The position numbers were made by a program, and so were the translations under genes. Of a DNA stretch of 64,000 nucleotides, positions 1 to 10,275 are shown in pieces. The notes beneath the pieces are model-generated. The model was not told the origin of the DNA. It made no database searches and saw only the letters and a program-made list of their open reading frames with translations. This stretch comes from Callorhinchus milii. Lineage: Eukaryota. The DNA is taken from assembly GCF_018977255.1 (NCBI RefSeq), contig NW_024704742.1, positions 134,294,001 to 134,358,000 of the forward strand. Direction: 5' to 3'. Each line of letters opens with the position of its first letter. The stretch's first letter is position 1.

Positions 1-1669
1 ACCAATGTTGACTTGTTCATTGGGTCATTACCCCACCAACCTGTCCGCTCCACCATTGGAGGTCGGGCCTTTAGCTTTTCTGCACCCAGCCTCTAGAACT
101 TCATCTCGTAGGTCCTCCGTCTTTGCCTCCTTCAAGGCCCATCTCAAGATCCTCTTCAACCTCTTTGGTGGTCTTCTTACCACCACCCAACTAGACCTCC
201 ATCCTTCATGACTCCAGCCCACAGCTTGAGTGGAAACTCTTGACTGTCAAATGCTTTGGGATGTCCTCTCAATATAAAAGGCGCTTTACAAATGCAATTT
301 TTGATTGTTGAGTCATGATATTTGTGGCTCGTACCTGATTTGGGTTGCATGAGACGCACATTCACTCCCACGTCTATTGGTGAGCCAATACTAGGCTACA
401 AAAACAACAACTTGCATTCATATAGCGTCCCTCACGCAGGGTACCGTCCAAGATGATTTACAGTAGCCGGGGGAGCGAAAGGTGACTGTAGACATGGTTG
501 AATAAGAAGGTCTTCAGGCGCGATCTGCAGATGGGGAAGGAAGGGGCAAGGCGGAGGGATAGAGGAAGAGTGTTCCAGAGTTTCGAGGCATAGTGGCTGA
601 AAGCGCGGCCACCAATGGTGGAACAGAGGGCATGAGGGGCATGCAGACAGCTGGAGCCAGTCGAGCAGAGGCAGCGGGTTGTGGGGTAAGCAGGTCGGAT
701 AGGTAGGGAGGTGCTAGGGCATGAAGGGACGTGAAAAATATCTTTTCAGCGATAGGGAGCCAGTGGAGCCTGGCTAGAACTGGTGTGATGGGGGATGATG
801 TAATGGCTAGCACTGGATCACAGAGAGGCAATCTATTGAATTTCCGGCAGAACAGTCGCCAATGATGAGGAAAGAGATTGACTACATTCCTGAATCAACA
901 AATGACATGAACGTCTCTTCACCGGGAAGTCAGCGACAGGTAAAAAGGAGAAAAGTAAAAAGTTAAAGGAATTACAAAGTCTGTTCTGAAAGTCGAACAA
1001 ATTCTTTCGACAAGGTCCCCTTGAAAATGACTGACATTAGAAACAGGTAATCAAAAGGACGTCCTCGAGGGTCTTGGTTCTGAAAATGGTCGTCTTTCAG
1101 CTGAGAATCTCAATATTGAGAAGAGTCAAGTGCAGAGCAGCACAGGACATCACCAAGAACAGAAAGAGTAGCATAGAGAACAACTACAAAATTATATTTG
1201 TAAAGCGCCTTTCCGGTCGGGAGGACGTCCGAAGGAGCTGAACAGTCAGGGATCAGGACCCGAGCCTGGGGTGGGGGTAGGGGGCGGCATGGTTGGGATG
1301 AGGGAGGGCAGATGGGGGTAGGAGGGCAGCTGAAGGCATGGTCAAAAAGGAGGGTCTTGAGTCATGCCTTGAAGGAGGCAAGAGAGGGAGCAAGGCGAAG
1401 GGATTGTGGGATGGAGTTCCAAAGAGTAGGAGCACAGAAGCTGAAAGTGGGTCGGGCGGGAGACTTGGAGCAGGCTGGAACCTGCTGAGTGGAGGGGGCG
1501 GACAGGTTGATGGGGGGGGGTCACCAGATCAGAGATGACCAAGTCATGAACAAAATAACTATACCTCCTCTAACACCTCAAATTCCTTGACAGCAACTAC
1601 CATCCTGTCCTAGTGACTGTATTTGTAGCCGATCAATGGGTGTCATAAACAGACATGAGGTGAGAGAGT

Positions 1670-1850
1670 AATAAAAACAGAAGTCCCTGGGAAAACTCAG
1701 TAGGTCTATGGAGAGCAGAAAGTCAAGTTAACATTTCAGGTCGATGATCTTTCATCAGAAGAGTTGCGACCTGAAACGTTAAGCCACTTTCCTCTCTCCA
1801 TTAGATGCTGCCTGACCTGCTGAGTGTTCCCAGCGACTTCTGTTTTTATT
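1670..1850. mobile_element. Palindromic Penelope-type terminal-repeat remnant
   Basis: The arm aataaaaacagaagtccctgggaaaactcagtaggtc is the imperfect reverse complement of gacctgctgagtgttcccagcgacttctgtttttatt. Internal gacctgaaacgtt motif. Confidence 0.6.
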
Positions 1851-2661
1851 TCAGATTTCCAGCATCTGCAGTCGTCACCTTTTAGATGACAGAGCAATAT
1901 GCCTTGAGGGGTGTTGGCCAGGGTTCTGTTTCACTTTTCTGATAAGTATGGTGGGATTCTTAACGTTCCCCCTGAACAGGCAGGCAGGAACTCATTTGTA
2001 AAATCTCACCCTGTAGGACGTCATCTCCGACAATGCAGTGCTGTCTTAAGTAGCGTCAGCCTGGTCTATGGGCTTAAATTCCAATGTTCTGGAGCTTTAA
2101 CCAACAACCTGAGGTAAGAATGTACCAGCCTTTGATACCCTTGGGTTACTTAGTTGCATAGGGCTCCTCAAAGCCAACAGCGGGCCGTGGCTGATTGAGA
2201 GAATGATATTAAATGATAGTCTCCTCGAACCTGACCTGCTGAATCGTGCAAACAAATCTGTGTCAGCCTGGCTCTGTCGTTAGCACTCTCACCTGAATCA
2301 GAAGTTTCAGGGGTTCAAGCCCCACATCAGGGCTTTGAGCTCATATAGTCTAGGCTGACACTCCAATACTGTGCTGGGGGAAGCTCAGCATTATGAGATG
2401 TTAAACCGAGGTTCCGTCTACTTGTTTAAAGCTGCCATTCAAAAAAGAGAAGGGGGGTTCTCCCGGTGTCCTGGCCGACAATCCCCCAAAATAGATTCCG
2501 CCATTCATTTCACATATATTCGTGGTATATCACTGTGCACAAATTGGCTGCCGTGTTCGCCCACAAAACACACAGTCACAGTCGATACACATTACAGTAA
2601 TCTACACAGCACTTTGTACCAAATGTAAGGATTGTTCGTGTGTTTGTGTTTGTTTATTCAC

Positions 2662-2786
2662 CTCGACTTGCATCTTGAACCATCGATACTCCACGACGTG
2701 ATGTGCTGCCGCTTGGCATCGTAACCTGACCACCTGGCCGGCCAACACCGCCTGTGGCACCGGCTGAATGATAATCATCAGAGACA
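2662..2786 (-). CDS. MALT1: MALT1 (paracaspase) coding exon 3, first half of Ig-like domain 1
   Basis: Translates (V)SLMIIIQPVPQAVLAGQVVRLRCQAAAHHVVEYRWFKMQVE, resembling MALT1 Ig1 (..AVLAGQFVKLCCRA..YQWFKM). Acceptor tttctttcag, donor GAG|gtgaat, phase 1->0. Downstream exons were not found and presumably lie left of the window. Confidence 0.92.
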
Positions 2787-3119
2787 CTGAAAGAAACAGG
2801 AAGAGGAAGGAGGGTGTCGAGGCCAAAACAGAGAGCTTTAATCCCGTAGGGTAGGGGCTAGCGCGCTCGCCTCGCAAGCGATGGGACTCGAATTCGATTC
2901 CCGGGTGGAGCGAAACCTTAGGCAAGTTTACTCCACATGCCTCTGTTTACCCAGCAGTAAGTAGGAACCCGATGATAAGCCACCCAATGCGAGAGTGGCT
3001 TTTGAGCCCACCCACCTGTGCTTCCACACCCACCCCCTACCTCTGGTCATGAACACCACACACAAACACCCTCTTGGCTAAAGCTGACCCATACTGCTTG
3101 ACTGCCTGCTGAGACTAAC

Positions 3120-3286
3120 CTGCAGACCTGAAGAGCTGAATGGCTTCTGCGTGGTCCAATGCTTGAAGATAACCCGACAAATCTCTAAGAGTCATTCCCC
3201 GGTCAGCCATTAATCGCAGGAAATTCCGGGTGGGGCTGCCTTCGGGAGTCAGGACCTTGAGAGAGCAGTTATTCAGCTCCTCAGAG
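3120..3286 (-). CDS. MALT1: MALT1 coding exon 2, death domain C-terminal half
   Basis: 167 nt, translates (S)SEELNNCSLKVLTPEGSPTRNFLRLMADRGMTLRDLSGYLQALDHAEAIQLFRSA. CSLKVL.PEGSP is the MALT1 death-domain motif. Bounded by ccag| and |gttagt, phase 2->1. Confidence 0.95.
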
Positions 3287-3904
3287 CTGGTCAGGGAACA
3301 AACCCCACAGGATTACAGAGTCACATGGAGTTACATAGAGTCCCACAGGTTACACAGATGGACAGTTATACAAAGTTTCACAGAATTGTACAGATTTACA
3401 TAGTGATGTGATGCAGAGGCCATTTGGCCAAACTAATCGGTGGAGGTGTGCAGATTTATATTCCCCATGAGCCTCTACCTTTCCTATTATTATTATTAAT
3501 TATATTATTGATATTAATAATAATAAAGCAGGGATCCTAGTTTTGAAAAGAACAACTGTCCTAACCAACAAATCTCCAGATAAACTGGTCATGGCTATTT
3601 GAAACATCTTGCTGAGTGAGTAATTTGGCTGCCAGGTTTGCTTTAAGGTATTCTGCGTCTTATATGCAATATAATGAAAATAACTATTTGGAGTTTTGTA
3701 AGATCTCAAGGCGATGGAGTTCTTACATTTAATCCACGTCAGAAGGACATCTCAAAGCCCTTCACAAGATTTATTACTCTAAAGTGTAGTGATTGTCTAT
3801 TTTGTAGCCAATCTGCACACAGAGATGTCCCACAAACAATGAAGTGAGTGACCAATTTTATTGAAGGGAATTGTTGGCCAGGACATCAGGAGAAACTCTT
3901 TGAG

Positions 3905-4188
3905 TAATAATAATAATAATAATCCTTGCACTTCGGGAGGACGTCGGGAGGACGTCCCAAAGCGCTTCACAGAACACACTGTAAAGTGAATTGACTGTAT
4001 ATTTTTGGGCGAACGCGGCAGCCAATTGCGCACAGCAATGTCCCACAAACAGTAATAGATTGAAAATGACCAATTTTATTTTTGTTTTTGGTTTTTTGGA
4101 GGGATTATTATTAGGCGTGTGGAAACTTGCGTAAGGTTTCGCCCTGCCTGAAATTGAACTCAGGTCTCTCACTTGCAAAGCGAGTGCC
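3905..4188 (-). mobile_element. tRNA-derived Deu-type SINE, short young variant (5' truncated)
   Basis: Near-identical to the copies at 9670 and 20554, with an (ATT)n tail. Confidence 0.85.
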
Positions 4189-7100
4189 ATGGCACCTTTA
4201 ATATCCAACTGAACAGGCAGACTGGGTCTTGGTTTAACATCTCATCTGAAGGATGGCACCTTCAACAGTGCAGCACACAATGGAGATTATCTTAGATTAA
4301 GTGATTCCAAGTCTCGACATGGAGCTTCTAACTCTTGTATGTTAGAAGCAAGAGCTCTACCACTGTATTGTATTGCAAACCACAAATCAACACTCCAAAA
4401 AGGCTGGAGGGACAATAATAGACATTCGAAAGTAACATGTTTGGCACATGCCAGCACTCTTACTCTACTTGTGGAAGACAGACAGACAAAGTGGTTTTCC
4501 TGAGTCTAGACTTCATCTGATATCGTGCCATCATCTGCTTACCTTCGCACTGACTGGTTTATTTTCCTCAGCTGCAATTAAAAGTTTCAGTTTCTAGCGC
4601 AAAGAGTGGAGTCAACCAGAGATGTAGAGAAACCAAATTTACACCAGATATTTACAATTATATTCCTCACACTCGATACAGTGCTGGAAGGTTCAAATTT
4701 CTAGACATTAAATCGAGGTCCTGTCTGCCTGTTCAGGTCGACGTGATAGAACCCACGGCACTATTCGAAAAGAGAAGGGAGTTTCTCCGGTGTCCTGGAC
4801 AACACCCCCAAATAAAATTGTTCACGAGTTTCATGGCTGTTTGTGGGACATTGCTTGGTGCAAAATTGGCTGCAGAGTTCACCTACAGATACAGTCACTA
4901 CACTTTACAGTAAATGTATAAAGCGCTTTGGGATGTCTTCTTGACCTGAAAGGCACTATATCAAGCCTTAAGGATTATTATGAATATAATACAATTTACA
5001 TTTATATTTATAGTGTTTTTTTCATGTTATCAATCCAAGTTGTTGTTGTCATCTGCCTGAAAGGTGACCCCACTAGATTGCACAGGTTAAGGTAGGGACT
5101 TTCTGGGTGGAATTTTCCCCAAACTTACTCACCTGCACAATCAATGAGATAAAGGGCTTCACGCCCACTTTCAGGGCTTTCCATCATCACGTCATGTGCA
5201 CAAACAGGAGTAACATCAAAGAGCTGCATGTAATTGGGAGCTCAGTGGATTAAAAACCCATTCACCACCTTTCATTCATCAGCCCCAGGTACCAATTTAT
5301 TATTTGTCAGATTAGAGAGAATGAGACTGAAATACTGATACACACAATTCGCTCACGCCTGGAGGACACAGACATGGGCGAACAAGAGGAACTAGTCACA
5401 AGGGTCAAATTTTTAATCCAAGGCCAAATTTCAAACACGTCACATAGACCCTTAGCAGCAGCGATGAGGGGAGGCTTCTGTCACTCAGGTGTATGGTTTG
5501 GTGGACCTGGGTCCCAATGCTAGCAGATCAATATATTAATTAAATGCACCAACTTCCATTATTAATAACCTTTATATTTGACGCGGCGCCTTTCATGTCA
5601 GAAGGTCGTCTCAAAATGCTTCACAGGATTTACTGTGAAGGGTACTGACTGTATATTGCAGCCGAACGCAGCTGCTAATTTGTGCACAGCAACGTCCCAC
5701 AAACAATCAAGCAGTGTATGACCCAGCCAGAGGGCAGGGCGAGGGACGTGAAGCAGATCGGGGCACGCCGATCAGAGAGCGCGGGCGAGTTGTTGGGGTT
5801 TTACAAGATCACAGAGCTAAGGTGGAGCGAGGTAAAGGAGTTTCTCCTTGTGTTCTGTCCAGCAATCCTCCAGATAAGTGAGTCATTCACCTGATATCTG
5901 TGTGAGGGGCCCTGCAGCCAAATCGTATGTTTTATTGAATAATCCCCGTTTCCCACACCTCTGCGCTTTGTATTTCAGACTAAACTTCGATCTCAGATTT
6001 CTTTTTTTTAATCCATGCTTTCTCTGTGGTATTTAAATGACTCTCGTGAACAGTCTTTCGCGTATTGAAAAATTTTCACTTGCTGTTCTGCTCTCCACTT
6101 CACAGGAGTTACTTTCTTCTATTTCATTCCAGTTTTATAAATAATATAATAATAATAATCCTTGCATTTGATACAGCGCCTTATTATGACGTCTTAAAGC
6201 GCCTCACAGAAAATACTGTAAAGTGGATTGACTGCGTATTTTGTCAGACAAACGTGGCAGTTATTTGCATACATTATCTCCCACAAACAGTCATGAATTG
6301 AGTGACCAATTTATCATTTTTTTTTAGAGAGGACCTGGGTTCGATTCTCAGGCAGAGCGAAACCGTAAGCAAATTTTCTTGCTTTGCAAAGCTTCACTCC
6401 GCCAGAGAATCAAACCCAGGTAAACTCTCTAAAAAATAATAAATTGGTCACTCAATCCGTGACTGTTTGTGGGACACCACTGTGCGCAATTGGCTGCCAC
6501 GTTTCGCCCACAAAGTATACAGTCAATTCACTTTACAGTATATTCTGTGAAGCACTTTGAGACGTCTCAAAGATGTGATTAGGCGCTGTATCAAATGCAT
6601 TATTATTATGGAGTCAAGACTGTCCTCTTCGACTGTGCCTTTGATCACCATTTTACTCCTACCTCTCCTAATCCCAAGCCCCAACTTGGGTGACTGTTCA
6701 GCACCTTGGGATGTCCTCCCGATGTGAAAGATTCAAAACAAATGTAATTTGTTGTTGTTGTTGTCTCGTTCCCCAATCTTCCTGTGGAGTCTTGCTCTCC
6801 TCTTGCCAGGGTTTACACTCCCCCCCACCCCCTCACCCACCATTTCACTCCCTGCTCTCTCAAGCTTTCCATTCTGGTGTGATTTAACTGATTTAATCGA
6901 GTTCTGTAGAACGATTCCGTGACAGAAAAAAACAAAGGCAAACTGCTCAAACTGCTGTATGAATAACTACAGTCAGTAACTGTCAAACTGATTGATAGGA
7001 ATACATAGCAGCCAATTTGCACAAAGCTAAGGTTCCACAAACAACTATCTGTATGGTAGGAGGTGCCGTCATTCCAATGAGACGTCAAATCTATCTGCTC

Positions 7101-7784
7101 AGATGCCATTAAAGATCCCAAGGCATTAATCTGAAAACAAGAAAGTGATCTGGTTTTGGGCCCACAGATCCCTGAATCCCACCCTGGATCTGTTCACTTC
7201 AAGGCTGGTCGCGGGACATTGCCATGAGTAAATCGGCTGCGCATTCCCCAACAAAACACACAATCTCCGCACTTTACAGTCAACGCTTTGCAGCAGCTTG
7301 AAAGGCGCTGTATGTAATAATGATAATCCTTGCATTTGATACAGCGCCTTATCACGCCGTCAAGACGTCTCAAAGCGCTTCACAGAAGAGGATTGACTGT
7401 GAATTTTGTTGGCGAAGCGCGGCAGACGATTTTTCTGCACAGCAGTGTCCCGCAAACAGTCATGGAGTGAGCGACCGAATTTATCTGGGGGATTGTTGGC
7501 CAGGACACCGGGAGAGAGAAAATCCATTCTCTTTTCGAATAGTACCATTGGATCTTTAAAGTCAACTTGAACAAGATGACCTCGGTTTAGTATCTTATCC
7601 GTAGGATGGCACCTCCACTAATGCAAACCACCCCACCCCCACCCCCCAACCCACCCATCGCTGCCCTGGAGCTCGTTATCTTAAGACTATGAAACTCCGC
7701 TGACTCTGCTGACTCGGAAGTGATAGTGCTACCTCTCGAGCCGAGACTGACAGGCAAAATGCAAAGAAGCGTGAGGAAAGTTAC

Positions 7785-7927
7785 CTGATTTTGAAACGCT
7801 TGTCAGCGCTCGCCATCTCCGCCAGCTTCCTCCACCCGCTTTGGTCCAGCAAGTGGCTTAGCTTGTTCAGCAGGGGCTCGTTCAGGTGGCTGATGTTCAG
7901 CGATGGTACGTGTGGGATCTCTGCCAT
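7785..7927 (-). CDS. MALT1: MALT1 first coding exon, death domain N-terminal half (exon including UTR probably 7785-7996)
   Basis: ATG at 7927 gives MAEIPHVPSLNISHLNEPLLNKLSHLLDQSGWRKLAEMASADKRFKI(S), resembling MALT1 L..L.EPLL..LS.LLDQ..GWR.LAE. Donor AG|gtaac, upstream acceptor tgtcatttcag at 7997. Confidence 0.93.
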
Positions 7928-8521
7928 CCTCAGCCCTGGATCGAACAGTCACTGGGGCAGGCGGGAGGGGAACAAGCTTCTGGTCTTCACTCTCAACTGA
8001 AATGACAAGAAGTCTCAACTCAGGTCAGAACCACCTACACAGAGGAATAAAAATATTAATAATAATCCTTGCATTTGAGATAATAATAATCCTTCCATTT
8101 GATTTAGCGCCTCATCAAGTCGTTGAGATGTTTCAAAGCGCTTCGTAGAATATACCGTAAAATGTAGTGACTGTGCGTTTTGGGGTGAAACGCAGCAGCC
8201 AATTGCACGCAGCAATGTCCCACAAATAGCTGTGGATCGAGTGACCAAGTTATAATTTTTTTTGAGAGAGGGAAACAGAGAGAGTGTGTGTGAATTAGTT
8301 TCCGTGTTTAATATTAAGCAGACTTTAAACCGTAAAAAAAATGTGCTACCCTTAGCTCACAATGTCTTTCTCTCTCTCGCTCTGAAACAACAAAGAACCG
8401 TAAAGTGAAATAATTTGAATACCTGTTTTTCTTTTGTCTAATTTAAGCAGAAAACTATGAATAGCGTCACTTACAGGAACCCTACAGCCACCCACTTAAA
8501 CCCACACCCACACACACTCAC

Positions 8522-8800
8522 CTCGCGGATTCCAAGAAATGCCAATTTCGCAACCATAACTTTTTACAAGATTTGAGGAAGTCACATCTCATTCGATCTG
8601 TCTCGGTCCAAGTGGCCGGCAACAAGATATAGGAGGTGACGGCATTATCTCACTGGGTTTTGGGACATCTTCGCTCTGCGTTCTTTGGGTTAACCTAACT
8701 CGGGAACAAAGGAGGACGCCCAGAATCGTCTATATGAGTGTGTAGCACCGCCACCCACCAATTCAACGTAGATCTCTTCTTCCTGGTGTTTCTGCTCTGG
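8522..8800 (-). other. MALT1: Putative non-coding first exon of MALT1 (5' boundary approximate)
   Basis: Consensus donor GAG|gtgagt at 8521/8522 in unique, CpG-containing sequence just downstream of a promoter motif cluster. Confidence 0.55.
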
Positions 8801-8870
8801 ATTGAAACAGGAAGCCCCGAGCCAATCACGGCCCAGGCCAGGTAGCTCTGGGAGTTGTAGTCTCTACGAC
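8800..8870. promoter_or_regulatory. Promoter motif cluster: ETS core (CAGGAAG), CCAAT box and ZNF143/THAP11-type ACTACAnnTCCCA motif
   Basis: caggaag at ~8809-8815, gccaatc at 8821-8827, ctgggagttgtagtc at 8848-8862 (GACTACAACTCCCAG on minus). Confidence 0.7.
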
Positions 8871-9669
8871 GAGTGACTTTGGTGAAGTTTGGGTACCGTT
8901 TCGCCCACAAAATATGCAGTCACTTCACTTTACAGTATATTCTGTGAAGCACTTTGAGGGGTCTCGAAGATGTGATAAGATGCTATATCAAATGCGAGGA
9001 TTATTATCCACGCGACTTACCTTTGAGTTCTGACGAAGGGTTGTGGACCCGAAATATTGACTCACTTTCCTTTCTCCATAGATACACGTGAGTGTAGTGA
9101 CTGTTTATTTGTAAGTGAACGTGGCAGCTACATATAGCAATATTCCCCCCTCCACACGCAAACAAACACAAACAGACCCCCCCCCCCCCTCCCCCCAAAC
9201 TACCACGGAACAACAACTTGCATTTATATAGCACCCTTCACGCGGGGCTGCATCTCGGAGCGCTTAACAGTGGCGGAGTCTGACCCCGAGCTGGAGAGAG
9301 GAACGAGGTGACGCAAACAGCCGCGAAGTGAATGGACAATACTATCTGGCAAGGACACTGGGACTTTCTCAGAGTGAGTTAGATAACAAGTTATTTAGAT
9401 AGACTCAGTTGGTAGGAATCTTACCTCGAGTCAGAGGGTTTTGGGTTCAAGCCCCAGATTGGGATTTGAGCTCACACTCGAGGCTGATTCTCCAGTGCAG
9501 TGCTGGGGGGGTGGGGCAGAGCTGCATTCAATGGTGGACTGGTTTCCCCGAAAGATCTTAGGATTTTCATGGGAAAAAGGGGTGGGGGTTGCCGATTTGT
9601 GGGGTCACCAGCGCCAAAAAGAATACACCAATGCACAAAGGCACGGTAGCGCCCTCCTATAATTGGTAT

Positions 9670-9996
9670 ATAATAATAATAATAATAATAATAATCCTTG
9701 CATTTGATATAGCGCTTTTCACGTCGGGAGGACGTCCCAAAGCGCTTCACAGAACACACTGTAAAGTGAATTGACTGTATATTTGTGGGCGAACGCGGCA
9801 GCCAATTACGCACAGCAATGTCCCACAAACAGTCATATGGATTGAAAATGACCAATTTATTATTGTTTTTTTTTTTTGGAGGGATTATTAGGCGTGTGGA
9901 GTAAGGAAACTTGCCCAAGGTTTCGCCCTGCCTGGAATTGAACTCAGGTCTCTCACTTACAAAGCGAGTGCTCTAACCACTGAGCCACAGGACTCC
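9670..9996 (-). mobile_element. tRNA-derived Deu-type SINE, short young variant, full length
   Basis: Head GGAGTCCTGTGGCTCAGTGGTTAGAGC...GAGTTCAATTCC (A/B boxes), central ctgtttgtgggacattgctgtgcg.aattggctgccgcgtt, L2-like tail and (ATT)n. Confidence 0.9.
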
Positions 9997-10102
9997 ATCC
10001 GAACCCTGGCACTACAACAAACACTTGTAGCACCCGGGCTTGGGGTGAGGGCAAGGGGATGGTGGTGGATCGCTGGCACATAACCATTATGTCAGATATA
10101 AT

Positions 10103-10275
10103 GGAGTCCTGTAGCTCAGTGGTTAGAGCGCTCGTCTCACAAGCGAGAGGAACTGGGTTCGATTCCCGGGCAGGGCGAGATGTTGGGCAAGTTTCCTTAC
10201 TCCACACGTCTCTGATTACCTGTCAGTAAGTTGGAACCCGATTGTTAATCGATTAGCGGATCGCTTTTCTGGGGT
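10103..10275 (+). mobile_element. 5' half of the long-variant tRNA-derived SINE, head-to-head with the 9670-9996 copy
   Basis: ggagtcctgtagctcagtggttagagcg...gggttcgattcccggg followed by ttgggcaagtttccttactccacac. Confidence 0.8.

Noticed and set aside
335..395. Open 61-nt minus-strand segment with ag/gt ends in MALT1 phase 0->1 (PSIGSPIDVGVNVRLMQPKS)
   Set aside because: It has no similarity to the expected second half of MALT1 Ig1, and its acceptor comes from a repeat tail. Likely chance.
10103..10175. tRNA gene-like sequence (also the heads at 9925-9996, 19384, 20805-20878 and 54505)
   Set aside because: These run directly into SINE body sequence and lack a proper acceptor stem and terminator, so they are SINE heads rather than tRNA genes.
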